Source: Thermodesulfobacteriota bacterium
GTDB lineage: Bacteria > Desulfobacterota > Binatia > Bin18
Direction of reading: 5' to 3'
Assembly: GCA_964291405.2 (NCBI GenBank)
Contig: OZ219926.1
Coordinates: 4,831,697 to 4,895,696, forward strand
DNA: 64,000 nucleotides
Of the stretch, positions 17,767 to 26,622 are shown one piece after another (the first letter of the stretch is position 1; each line of letters opens with the position of its first letter). Below the pieces are notes generated by a model, which was given only the letters and a program-made list of their open reading frames with translations, was not told the DNA's origin and did no database searches. The position numbers and the translations under genes are program-made.

Positions 17767-20694
17767 CTAGCTCCTGAGGCGCTCTCCTTGAGGGTCGTAG
17801 AAGGCATCGTCAATGACATCGGCCTGAGCATCCGTTCCGTTGATGCGAATCTGAAACGGACTGGTGCCACTCGCCACCTCAACCGGCACCCAGGCCAGGC
17901 CAACACACTTTCCGGCAGTCGGGCTAAAGGCCGCACTGGCGACCCGGCCGGCCGGTTGCCCGTTTACCACAACTGCTTGACCACCTTCCGCCATACCCGA
18001 GTCGCGGAGGGCAAAGCCAACCAGTTTGTGACGCGGGCCACGTTCCTGTATGGCCTGGAGGCCGCGTTTGCCAATAAAGTCATCCTTATTGAATTTGACC
18101 ACCCATTCCATGTCGGCTTCCAAGGGGTTGGACAGCGCGTCCGTATCCTGGCCGACAATGACATGCTTTTTCTCCAAACGTAAAATGCGCTGCGCCCCAA
18201 CGCCAAACGGGATAATCTGAACCCCTGACCCAGCCGCCATAATGGCGTCCCAGACCTGCTCTCCGCATTCGGCCGGAACATGAATTTCCCAGCCGGTCTC
18301 TCCGACAAAGCCGATGCGCAGCAGCAGCGCCGGAACCCCGGCCACTGTGGCGTGCCGGCAGGCCATATAGGGAAAAGCTTCCGAAGACAGATCAATGTCC
18401 GTGAGCTGGCTGAAGACCTGTCTGGCCTGCGGCCCGGCGATATTCATGGCCGCCAGCCCACCGGTCATATTGGTCACATGCGCACACAGGTCTGTACCGG
18501 CCGTCCACCATTTGAGCCATTGCTCGACGAATTCGACATTGCCGGTTGTGGTCGTCAAAAAGAAATGGTCGTCGGCCAGACGTGAAACCGTACCATCATC
18601 AATAATGATCCCACTGTCGTCGCACATCACCCCATACCGGATACGTCCGACCCGGAGTGTCGAAAAGGTATGCGTGTAGACCTTATCCAGCAAACGCGCA
18701 GCGTCCTTGCCATTGACCTCCAGTTTTCCCAGGGTGCTGACGTCGATGAGGCCGACCCGTTCGCGAACCGCCTGATGTTCTTCGCTCGGTGTGGTATACG
18801 CATACGGTCGCTTCCAACTGCCGAGCAGCATCATATCCGCTCCAAGCGCGATGTGGCGATGGTGCAGGGGCGTATGTTTTTCCGGCTGATGCTTGCGTCC
18901 GGCCAGCACGCCGAGGGGAACCGGCGTCACGGGCGGACGGGCCGTGGTCGTTCGCGTTGCCAGCTCGGAGCCAGCGTATCGGGCACAGATTCGTGCCGAC
19001 GAAGTCGCGCACATGCGACCCTGACATGGCCCCATTGAAAACGTGCTGTAGCGTTTGAGGGTTTCGACCTCGTCAAAGCCCTCGGCGACCCCCTGAGCCA
19101 AGTCCTTATGGGTAATATCTTCGCAGACACACACAAACTGCTTTTTGTTGGCCCAGACGTCGCTGAGCTGAGGGTAGGGCTCATAGTGTCGCCGATACTC
19201 CCGCTCCAGGGTCTCGCACTCGTATTGTAAGGTCTGGATATGGGACGAAGCAGACGTTTCTGAAGCGCGCAGACTGCGGACGGCCCGGAGCCCGGCCAGG
19301 CGTCCTTGGACAAGGGTCGCCGGCAAATGATGAATGCCGGTCACGTCTCCCGCACAGAACACCTGGGGAGGGAGTTGCTGAGGAACCGTCTGCCCCAGCG
19401 TTTCATCGTAGCCGAGTTCGCCCCCGCTCTGCGCCACCAGAGCGGCCGTTGGAGTCTGGTCGGTCGAAAGACAAATCAAGTCGCATGGAATAAAGCGGCT
19501 GGCGTGCGGAAAAGGACGGTGCCGGGCATCGAGAGGAACAACATGAGCTCCCTCAACACGATTTGTCCCGCGGGCTGCCTGGATAGCGTAGGAGGTGAGC
19601 ACCTCGACGCCGCTGCGCTGGAGCTGTTCTCTGGAATCTAGAGCGTCCGGCAGCCTATAGCGAGAGTCTACAACCGCCGCGACCCGGATGCCGGCACTAA
19701 GCAACTCACCGGCAAGAGTCCAGCCCGTGTCATCATGACAGACTACCACCGCTCGTGTGCCGGGCTGCACGCCGTACAGGTGCAGCAGTCGCCGGACACC
19801 GCTGCCGAGCATAACGCCAGGTACATCATTATTTGCAAAAATGGCTGGATATTCGTGGCTCCCGGTTGCAATAATCACGCGTTGGGTGCGCAGATGAATC
19901 AGCCGCTTGGCCTGCATTACACCCAGCAGCCCGCCTTCATAGCCGCCAAAAACGGTCGCGGACGACAGAACGTCAACGTTCGGCTGTGCAGTGACTTGCT
20001 CCCTTAATGTCCGGGCAAGGGCGAAGCCAGTCGCACCGCTCTGCTCGCCGATATTATCGTAGGTCCCGGTCTGAAACCGCAGGTGGCCCCCGAGTTCCGG
20101 CTGATCGTCAATCAGCGTCACCTGACAGCCGAGGTTGGCCGCCTCATACGCCGCGGTCAGACCGGCCGGTCCACCGCCAATAACCGTAATATCGGTGTGG
20201 CGGTACTCGTGGTCATAGCCGCCTTTTGGCTTTGCCTGGGTATTGATTTCTCCTAAGCCGGCAGCGCGGCGAAGAAATTTTTCTGCCAAGGGCCAGAAAA
20301 AACGCGGACGGATAAAAGTCTTATAATAAAAGCCAATCGGCAGCAGCCAGTCGAAGCGGTCAATAATGGACAGCAGGTCGTGCTTGAGCGAGGGCCACGC
20401 ATTCTGTGGCTGGACGCGCATACCCTGCTGGACGGGCTCGGTACAGGCGCGGACACTAGGGGTGCCATCCACGTTCATGAGACAGTTCGGACACTGCCCC
20501 GCGCCGCATAACAGTCCGCGTGGGCGATGGTATTTGAAACTCCGACTGAAAGTCCGCTGGCCTGCGGCGTAGAGCGCCGAGGCGATGGTATCGCCCGCCC
20601 GTGCCTGTATGCGTTCCCCGGCAAAAGAGAAGGTCAGGGTTTGTTCGTGGTCGATGACGTGGGCCGGGTGGGGCGGGAGTCTAGTCGTGCTCAT
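17767..20694 (-). CDS. soxA: NMG dehydrogenase / sarcosine oxidase alpha subunit
   Basis: GDTIASAL, SRSFKYHRPRG, GGGPAGL, MGPCQG, DVSTLGK, RIGFVGETGWE, FYDP.GER. Confidence 0.92.
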   Translation of the reverse strand: MSTTRLPPHPAHVIDHEQTLTFSFAGERIQARAGDTIASALYAAGQRTFSRSFKYHRPRGLLCGAGQCPNCLMNVDGTPSVRACTEPVQQGMRVQPQNAWPSLKHDLLSIIDRFDWLLPIGFYYKTFIRPRFFWPLAEKFLRRAAGLGEINTQAKPKGGYDHEYRHTDITVIGGGPAGLTAAYEAANLGCQVTLIDDQPELGGHLRFQTGTYDNIGEQSGATGFALARTLREQVTAQPNVDVLSSATVFGGYEGGLLGVMQAKRLIHLRTQRVIIATGSHEYPAIFANNDVPGVMLGSGVRRLLHLYGVQPGTRAVVVCHDDTGWTLAGELLSAGIRVAAVVDSRYRLPDALDSREQLQRSGVEVLTSYAIQAARGTNRVEGAHVVPLDARHRPFPHASRFIPCDLICLSTDQTPTAALVAQSGGELGYDETLGQTVPQQLPPQVFCAGDVTGIHHLPATLVQGRLAGLRAVRSLRASETSASSHIQTLQYECETLEREYRRHYEPYPQLSDVWANKKQFVCVCEDITHKDLAQGVAEGFDEVETLKRYSTFSMGPCQGRMCATSSARICARYAGSELATRTTTARPPVTPVPLGVLAGRKHQPEKHTPLHHRHIALGADMMLLGSWKRPYAYTTPSEEHQAVRERVGLIDVSTLGKLEVNGKDAARLLDKVYTHTFSTLRVGRIRYGVMCDDSGIIIDDGTVSRLADDHFFLTTTTGNVEFVEQWLKWWTAGTDLCAHVTNMTGGLAAMNIAGPQARQVFSQLTDIDLSSEAFPYMACRHATVAGVPALLLRIGFVGETGWEIHVPAECGEQVWDAIMAAGSGVQIIPFGVGAQRILRLEKKHVIVGQDTDALSNPLEADMEWVVKFNKDDFIGKRGLQAIQERGPRHKLVGFALRDSGMAEGGQAVVVNGQPAGRVASAAFSPTAGKCVGLAWVPVEVASGTSPFQIRINGTDAQADVIDDAFYDPQGERLRS

Positions 20695-20932
20695 AGGTTT
20701 CTTTGACAAGGTTTGTGCGCGTGTCACGAACGGCTAAAAACCAGCGCCGACAGCCCAACTGATGATACCACCACTCGGTCGTCTCTCCGGCCTCGTTTTT
20801 TCGGAGATATAGGTAACGCGCCCACTCGTGTGACGAAACTGACGCGGATGGGCGTTGCCGGAACTCCCCGCCCGAGCGAAACTCGTACACGCTCCGCTCG
20901 CCACAGTTGGGACAGGCCAGAAGAAACGACAT
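20681..20932 (-). CDS. soxD: NMG dehydrogenase / sarcosine oxidase delta subunit
   Basis: CPNCGER...EF, YLYLRKN, EWWYHQLGCRRWF..RDT. Confidence 0.9.
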   Translation of the reverse strand: MSFLLACPNCGERSVYEFRSGGEFRQRPSASVSSHEWARYLYLRKNEAGETTEWWYHQLGCRRWFLAVRDTRTNLVKETYEHD

Positions 20933-20937
20933 GGAGA

Positions 20938-22284
20938 CTACCGTTCGGACGACGGTTTCCAGCCCGGTCCTCCGGCAAAGACCACGTTGGTTCCAACCAG
21001 GGGAATCCCGGTGATCATGGAGGACTCCAGCGTTAAGGCACGCAGGTCCTCAGGCTCTAAGGCATGGACATCCGACTTCCCGCAAGAGCGGGCTAACATT
21101 TGGATTTCCAGGGTCATGGCGTTAAAGAAGTTGCCAACCCGCTCCGCACCCGCGTCAATATCCAGCCGTTTCATCAGCTCCGGGTCCTGCGTCGTAATGC
21201 CGACCGGGCAGCGGCCGGTATGGCAGTGATGGCAGGCGTAGGGCTCGGCACCGATGGCATGATAATCGTCCACGTACAGCGGCTTGTTACAGTTCAGCGC
21301 GATTAGAGCCGCCGTGCCGATATAAACGGCATCCGCGCCGAGTGCCAGCGCCTTCGCCGCGGCAGTGCCGCTGTGTATGCCGCCGGCAATAATGAGCTGG
21401 ACCGTGCCGTACAGCCCGCACTCCTCCAGGGCAACGCGCGCTTCGCTCACCGCGGCCAGGGTCGGAATCCCGGTATGGTCAAGCAGAATGTCCGGCGAGG
21501 CGCCCGTGCCGCCCTCCATTCCATCGACCACAACCACGTCGGCTCCCGCCTTGGCCGCCAACTTCACATCGTCATACACGCGGGCCGCGCCCATTTTGAC
21601 AAAAATCGGAACCTGCCAGTCGGTTGCCTCGCGCAGCTCCTCGATCTTTGTCAGCATATCGTCCGGACCGAGCCAGTCCGGATGACGGCACGGACTGCGC
21701 TGGTCAACACCTGGAGGCAGGTCGCGCAGCTCGGCGATTTCGTCCGAGACCTTGGACTCAAGCAGCAGCCCGCCCGTGCCGGGCTTGGCCCCCTGTCCCA
21801 CCGTCAGCTCAATCGCGTCGGCCTGCCGAAGATGGTGCACGTCGATGCCGTAGCGGCTGGGTAAGACCTCGTAGATCAGAATATCCGAATGCTCGCGCTC
21901 GGCAGCCAACATCCCTCCATCGCCGGTTGTCGTGGACGTCCCGGCGCGCGCCGCAGCCTTGGCCAAGGCCACTTTGGCGTTGTAGGACAGCGCGCCATAG
22001 CTCATCCCGGTCACCATAATGGGAATGTCGATCTCAATCGGCTTTTGGGCAAAACGGGTGCCGAGTACGGTCTTGGTCGAACACTTTTCACGGTAGCCCT
22101 CAAGGGGCACCCGGGTGAGAGTACAGGGCACAAACGTCAGGTCGTCAAAAGAGGGCAGGGGGCGGTCGCGTAAGGCGCTAAAGCCCCGAATACGATAGCG
22201 GCCCAGGTCGGCCTTGGCCTGGATGTCTTCTATGTTCTCGGGTTTCCAGATGGTGCTGTGTCGGACAACAGGGCGCTCGCTCAC
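20938..22284 (-). CDS. mgsC: N-methylglutamate synthase subunit C (FMN-binding glutamate synthase-like)
   Basis: GMSYGALS, GQGAKPG.GG, DGMEGGTG, CHHCHTGRCPVGITTQD. Confidence 0.88.
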   Translation of the reverse strand: MSERPVVRHSTIWKPENIEDIQAKADLGRYRIRGFSALRDRPLPSFDDLTFVPCTLTRVPLEGYREKCSTKTVLGTRFAQKPIEIDIPIMVTGMSYGALSYNAKVALAKAAARAGTSTTTGDGGMLAAEREHSDILIYEVLPSRYGIDVHHLRQADAIELTVGQGAKPGTGGLLLESKVSDEIAELRDLPPGVDQRSPCRHPDWLGPDDMLTKIEELREATDWQVPIFVKMGAARVYDDVKLAAKAGADVVVVDGMEGGTGASPDILLDHTGIPTLAAVSEARVALEECGLYGTVQLIIAGGIHSGTAAAKALALGADAVYIGTAALIALNCNKPLYVDDYHAIGAEPYACHHCHTGRCPVGITTQDPELMKRLDIDAGAERVGNFFNAMTLEIQMLARSCGKSDVHALEPEDLRALTLESSMITGIPLVGTNVVFAGGPGWKPSSER

Positions 22285-22970
22285 AGGGCCTCCCGCCAGG
22301 TATCAAAGTCTTTTTTGTCAAACTGCCATAAGCGTCTGCCGGAGACGATCTTTTGAAAGGAAGCCGGCGCTTCAATATCGTACTCGGCCAAGGTGGTTGT
22401 CAGAAAGGCCTGGTCCTGGTCCGTAACCTCCGCAATGACCGCATCATTGCCCAGGTCCGAGATACGACCACCCACGAAGATACGTCCCTCATACATGGAG
22501 TCACCCAGCGCTTCGGCCGTATCGCCGCAGACAATGATCGTGCCTTTCTGCATCATGAAACCGGTCATATAGCCACTATTGCCCTGAACAATGAGCGTCC
22601 CGCCCTTCATGGCAATACCGGCGCGTGAACTCGCACTCCCCCGGACCACGATCGTTCCACCTCGAATGGATGCCGCAGCGCTATTGCCCGCGTTCTGGTT
22701 CACGATGACCGTGCCGCTCAGCATGCTTTCCGCTAAGCCCCAGCCGCAACTTCCATGCACTTCAATCCGCGGCCCGTCAACAAGTCCGCCACAGTAATAG
22801 CCGACGCTCCCGGTAATGGTCAGGGTGACCGGCTGGAGGACCGCAACGCCGAGATTATGACGTGCCTGGGGGTGATGGACGCATATCTCGGTTTCGCCAG
22901 CCTGGATGTGGTGGCGGATTTCCTGATTGATGACTCGGGAGGTTTTGTCCGTGCAGTCGATGTCTTTCAC
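22281..22970 (-). CDS. mgsB: N-methylglutamate synthase subunit B (GXGXG beta-helix)
   Basis: Repeated GxxG motifs, AGIAMKGG, GDSMYEG. Confidence 0.88.
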   Translation of the reverse strand: MKDIDCTDKTSRVINQEIRHHIQAGETEICVHHPQARHNLGVAVLQPVTLTITGSVGYYCGGLVDGPRIEVHGSCGWGLAESMLSGTVIVNQNAGNSAAASIRGGTIVVRGSASSRAGIAMKGGTLIVQGNSGYMTGFMMQKGTIIVCGDTAEALGDSMYEGRIFVGGRISDLGNDAVIAEVTDQDQAFLTTTLAEYDIEAPASFQKIVSGRRLWQFDKKDFDTWREAL

Positions 22971-22979
22971 GCTACATCC

Positions 22980-23906
22980 TTACGAACCGACTCCATTCTC
23001 TACCGTCCAGGTCATGACGGTATTCACCCCCGGCTCCCACACCGGAAAGTCATCGCCCAGGGCGGAGCGCAGGGCCTGTTCTTCGGTGGCAATGGCGACA
23101 TAGGCCGGTGTGTCAGTCACCACCAGGGGTTTGAAGGCAAACGGGTCTTTGACATAGCCCAGACTGTCCGCACTTGCGGCCAGATAGCTGAACGCTCCGT
23201 CAAAATCGGTCAGTGAGGTCTGGAGCGCATCCGCAAAGCTGGCGCCCTGCGCCATACGGTCGGCGAGATACAGGCCGATAATTTCCGAGTCATTCCCGGT
23301 GTAAAAACGATGTCCCTGTTGCTCATAAATGCGCCGCATCTTGTGATAATTGGTGATATGCCCGTTATGGACGACGGCAACGTCGGCGCGGCCATGCGCC
23401 CAAAAGGGCTGAGAATGGCTGAGGTCAACGCGACTCTCCGTAGACATGCGGGTGTGGCCAATACCATGCGTGCCGATATACGACGAGACCGCGTAGGTAG
23501 CTTCAAGATTTGCCGGAGAACCAACCTGTTTGACCAACTCAAGGCGGTTGCCCAGGCTGACGACTTCGATGCTGCTATCTACCGCTTCAATGGTCCGTTC
23601 CAGAGATTCCGGGCTCTCCGGAGGCGTGACGATCAAACGCAGAGACGGACCCTGGAGGTCCACCGTAGACACCGAAACGAGGCTTTTGACCTGCTCGACA
23701 ACCAGGTCGGCGAGGGTCTCGAACGGCCCGTGCTCGCCCAGCTTGATCCGTAAGACACAGGCGTCCGCGCCACGGTCGGCATAAACGGCAACTCCACTCG
23801 AATCCGGGCCACGGCGGTCAAGAGCCGACAACATGTCGAGCAGGGTTTGCCCGACTGCGGCCTGGCGGTTGCCGCTTTTGTCTAAAAATCCGACGATGCC
23901 ACACAT
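22980..23906 (-). CDS. mgsA: N-methylglutamate synthase subunit A (class II glutamine amidotransferase)
   Basis: GTG start, MCGIVG Ntn Cys, RGPDSSG, GHTRMSTES, HNG.ITN. Confidence 0.88.
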   Translation of the reverse strand: MCGIVGFLDKSGNRQAAVGQTLLDMLSALDRRGPDSSGVAVYADRGADACVLRIKLGEHGPFETLADLVVEQVKSLVSVSTVDLQGPSLRLIVTPPESPESLERTIEAVDSSIEVVSLGNRLELVKQVGSPANLEATYAVSSYIGTHGIGHTRMSTESRVDLSHSQPFWAHGRADVAVVHNGHITNYHKMRRIYEQQGHRFYTGNDSEIIGLYLADRMAQGASFADALQTSLTDFDGAFSYLAASADSLGYVKDPFAFKPLVVTDTPAYVAIATEEQALRSALGDDFPVWEPGVNTVMTWTVENGVGS

Positions 23907-24077
23907 AATTGCCTACCCGTTCGGTTTGGCCTTCGGTGTTCAGGACAACGAGGCTTTCGATGTGTATACGGCTTACCGGCGCAGGGTGTCAAGTTTGAAA
24001 ACCGCCGTAACGCTGTACGCGCATGGACGGCTCGGCCTGATAAGGGAGCTGGACGCTGAATGAATGGCAAACGGAGG

Positions 24078-24126
24078 CTTGAAGTGACGTACTTGAAGTG
24101 ACGTATATGTCAGAATATGTGTACGT
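24078..24126 (+). promoter_or_regulatory. 14-bp tandem duplication and ACGTA..TACGT inverted motif upstream of an antitoxin
   Basis: CTTGAAGTGACGTA at 24078-24091 and 24092-24105; ACGTATAT...GTGTACGT directly before ATG 24128. Confidence 0.5.
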
Positions 24127-24127
24127 T

Positions 24128-24370
24128 ATGAACACAAAGCTCACCTTACGCATGGATGAAAGCCTCGTCGAAAAAGGAAAAATTGAGGCAGATCGCCGGG
24201 GCAAATCGGTCTCTCAAATGGTTGGCGATTTCTTTGACTCGCTCGGCACGCCCGACCAGCACGCCGCAAAGAAACTCCCTCCCCTTACGGCTTCGCTTGT
24301 CGGCGTACTGAAAGGACACCGGATGAATACCGACTCATACAAGGAGCATATCTGGGAGCAATATCTATGA
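24128..24370 (+). CDS. RHH-type antitoxin (DUF6364-like)
   Basis: MNTKLTLRMDESLVEKGK..A...GKSVSQMV.DFF, PLTASLVG.L, Y..H...Y end. Confidence 0.75.
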   Translation: MNTKLTLRMDESLVEKGKIEADRRGKSVSQMVGDFFDSLGTPDQHAAKKLPPLTASLVGVLKGHRMNTDSYKEHIWEQYL

Positions 24371-24449
24371 AAATGCTGATGACACAAATGTCGTGCTTGA
24401 CGCTCTATTGGACCGAGAGTCGTTCGTTCAGAGGCCAGCGGGCGTCTGA
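24367..24449 (+). pseudogene. Frameshifted, truncated PIN-domain toxin remnant
   Basis: ATGA overlap with the antitoxin stop; MKML then shifted frame DTNVVLDALLDRESF (PIN N-terminus), stop after ~27 codons. Confidence 0.7.
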
Positions 24450-24469
24450 ACGAATTGTTTGAGCCCTCC

Positions 24470-25459
24470 CTATTGCATGAAATTCAGCGGACTGCCGGCG
24501 ATGAGGGGTTGCAGGTTGCGACGGTACTCCTCCGGTTTGGCAACCTCTTCGACCAGCCATTCAATATCGCGTTCGTAAAAATACGACATCAGGGTAAACA
24601 AAGTATTATAGGCATCGACATAGCGGTTGCACACATAGGCGACCGTCTCCGCCCCGCGGCGTTCGACCGGGGCGTAGTGGGTGATCAGGTCGGCGTCGCT
24701 CAGCGCCCGCGGGGTATCGTCATCGACAAAGCGTTGATTCTCCTGCTCCATGTCGGTCACCAAATCATTCGCCTCGTGGCATAGATCAAGCTCGACCGTG
24801 ACGGGCAAGGCAATATCCAGAGTTGGTGGTTTCCGCTTGGCAAAGCGCTCAAGGGCGCGTCGTGCGCCCTCGCGAATACGGGCGTGGCTCTCGCTCAGGG
24901 GAAGATGCAGGCCCTTAAAATAACCGAGCGATTTTTTGACCTCGACATATTCGATGTCGCCGAGCAGCGGACGGGCCTGCTCAATGGTTTTGTCGTCACC
25001 GGACAGCATCAGAATAGGCACGCCGAAGCTGCTGACCAAAAAGCCGTTCAGACCATATTCTCCAACCGACAGGCCGTTTATCCGCACATCCTGAAAGGCC
25101 GGAATCCAGGTGTGGCTGAGGATGCCATCCGGCGTCCCGGCTTTTGAGTGATAGCCAATAAACAGCGCCCCATCAAAGCCGGGGTTAAAGCCTTTGAACT
25201 GACATAAATTACGCTTCATCCCGGACTTCAGGGTGGCCTTACGATGCACGTCCTTAGGACGGATATTGCACATATAACCGTGCGAGTCTGAGACCACAAT
25301 GTCGGTCGCCCCCCCTTCGATCGCACCCTGAACGGCGGCGTTCACGTCCCCGGCCATGATCTGCCGAAAAGTCTTATAGCCTGGCAAACCCTGAAAGACC
25401 TCCTCCACGGTTTCCACTCCAGAGATGCCTTCCATATCCACCGATATGAAGATTCGCAT
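24470..25459 (-). CDS. M55 family metallopeptidase (DppA-like D-aminopeptidase)
   Basis: ISVDMEGISG, VSDSHG, FIGYHSKAG, LSHT, SGDD. Confidence 0.88.
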   Translation of the reverse strand: MRIFISVDMEGISGVETVEEVFQGLPGYKTFRQIMAGDVNAAVQGAIEGGATDIVVSDSHGYMCNIRPKDVHRKATLKSGMKRNLCQFKGFNPGFDGALFIGYHSKAGTPDGILSHTWIPAFQDVRINGLSVGEYGLNGFLVSSFGVPILMLSGDDKTIEQARPLLGDIEYVEVKKSLGYFKGLHLPLSESHARIREGARRALERFAKRKPPTLDIALPVTVELDLCHEANDLVTDMEQENQRFVDDDTPRALSDADLITHYAPVERRGAETVAYVCNRYVDAYNTLFTLMSYFYERDIEWLVEEVAKPEEYRRNLQPLIAGSPLNFMQ

Positions 25460-25540
25460 ATGACCCCCTTGTCCGGCTCGTTCAGGTAGGACACCTGTCG
25501 GGCAGGTCAGCCCAACCCGACAGGCGCGCGTACTCGCCAG

Positions 25541-26455
25541 TCACTCATCATCCTGCCAGGCTGCGGCCGCCTCGCGCATGGTTGTGAACCAAACCCCGGG
25601 CTTGGCGTAGACGTGTTGGATTACGCTCTCCAGCCACGCTGGCTTAAAATCCCGTCCGCAGCACTGCGGGTGAAGGATCGTATTCCATATGCCACCTGGG
25701 ACGTGTTCATAACAATAGTCAAAACTCGACGTGAAAATTTCCTTCGACTGGGAAGGGGTGTGGAAAGGGGCCGGGTTGAACCAGGGATTTTTGGGATCGA
25801 GATAATAGCCCATGAATTCAAACTGGGCGAAGTCATTGGTATCCCAGTGCAGGGGAATCTCAAGCAGCTCCGAGGGCTGCCCCCAAGTGACCTCAAAAGG
25901 CTCCTCGGTCTGGATCGTATCGCCTATCCGCAGCCGATAGGGCAAAAAATCATGGCCCTGCAAACTGCTGTCATAGACAAAACCCAGGTCGATCAGATGC
26001 TGCGGCACATGCTCGCCCAACCAGTCTCCAATGGGCGAGCGGAATCCGATAGGCCGTTCGCCTACGGTTTTCTCCAACAGCTCAATCTGTTGTTCGAGAT
26101 AGACGCGTTGCTCGTCCGGCGAGGCCGGCTCGACCCCACTCATGGCCAGACCGACCTCGGAAGGTTGGTGATACATGCTATGGGCCGCAATTTCATGGCC
26201 CCGACGATGCGCCTCCTGCACGACATCTCGAAAAAGTTTGGCACTATGACCGGGAGTAAAGAAGGTCGCTTTGATGGAATATTTATCGAGGATGTCCAGG
26301 ATGCGTGGCATGGCCACCCGAGGACCGAATTCTCCGCGTGAAAGGGGGTTGGCAGTCGGAGAGCGGAAGAACCCCAGCCACAAGGCCATGGCATCGATAT
26401 CGAAACAAAAACAGCAGGCCATTTTTTTGCCGTCCGGCATCTGTACCTTGCCCAT
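25541..26455 (-). CDS. Polysaccharide deacetylase family (PuuE/PgdA-like)
   Basis: FDID, SRGEFG.R, ATFF.PG, HEIAAH, GFRSP, YDSS, LHPQ..GR. Confidence 0.85.
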   Translation of the reverse strand: MGKVQMPDGKKMACCFCFDIDAMALWLGFFRSPTANPLSRGEFGPRVAMPRILDILDKYSIKATFFTPGHSAKLFRDVVQEAHRRGHEIAAHSMYHQPSEVGLAMSGVEPASPDEQRVYLEQQIELLEKTVGERPIGFRSPIGDWLGEHVPQHLIDLGFVYDSSLQGHDFLPYRLRIGDTIQTEEPFEVTWGQPSELLEIPLHWDTNDFAQFEFMGYYLDPKNPWFNPAPFHTPSQSKEIFTSSFDYCYEHVPGGIWNTILHPQCCGRDFKPAWLESVIQHVYAKPGVWFTTMREAAAAWQDDE

Positions 26456-26622
26456 AGACCCTCCTTAGTCCGAGCGTTGAGACTGCTTTATCATGTGCTG
26501 TCGTGTGATATGCCTCTCGGTCTGTCCCTCCTTTATTGAGTACTCCTACTCATTTTCTTCTACTGAACCTGAGAAGAAGAAGGCAAGAGCGCCCGCCAGA
26601 ATTTTTCGCCAAGTCATGTCGG

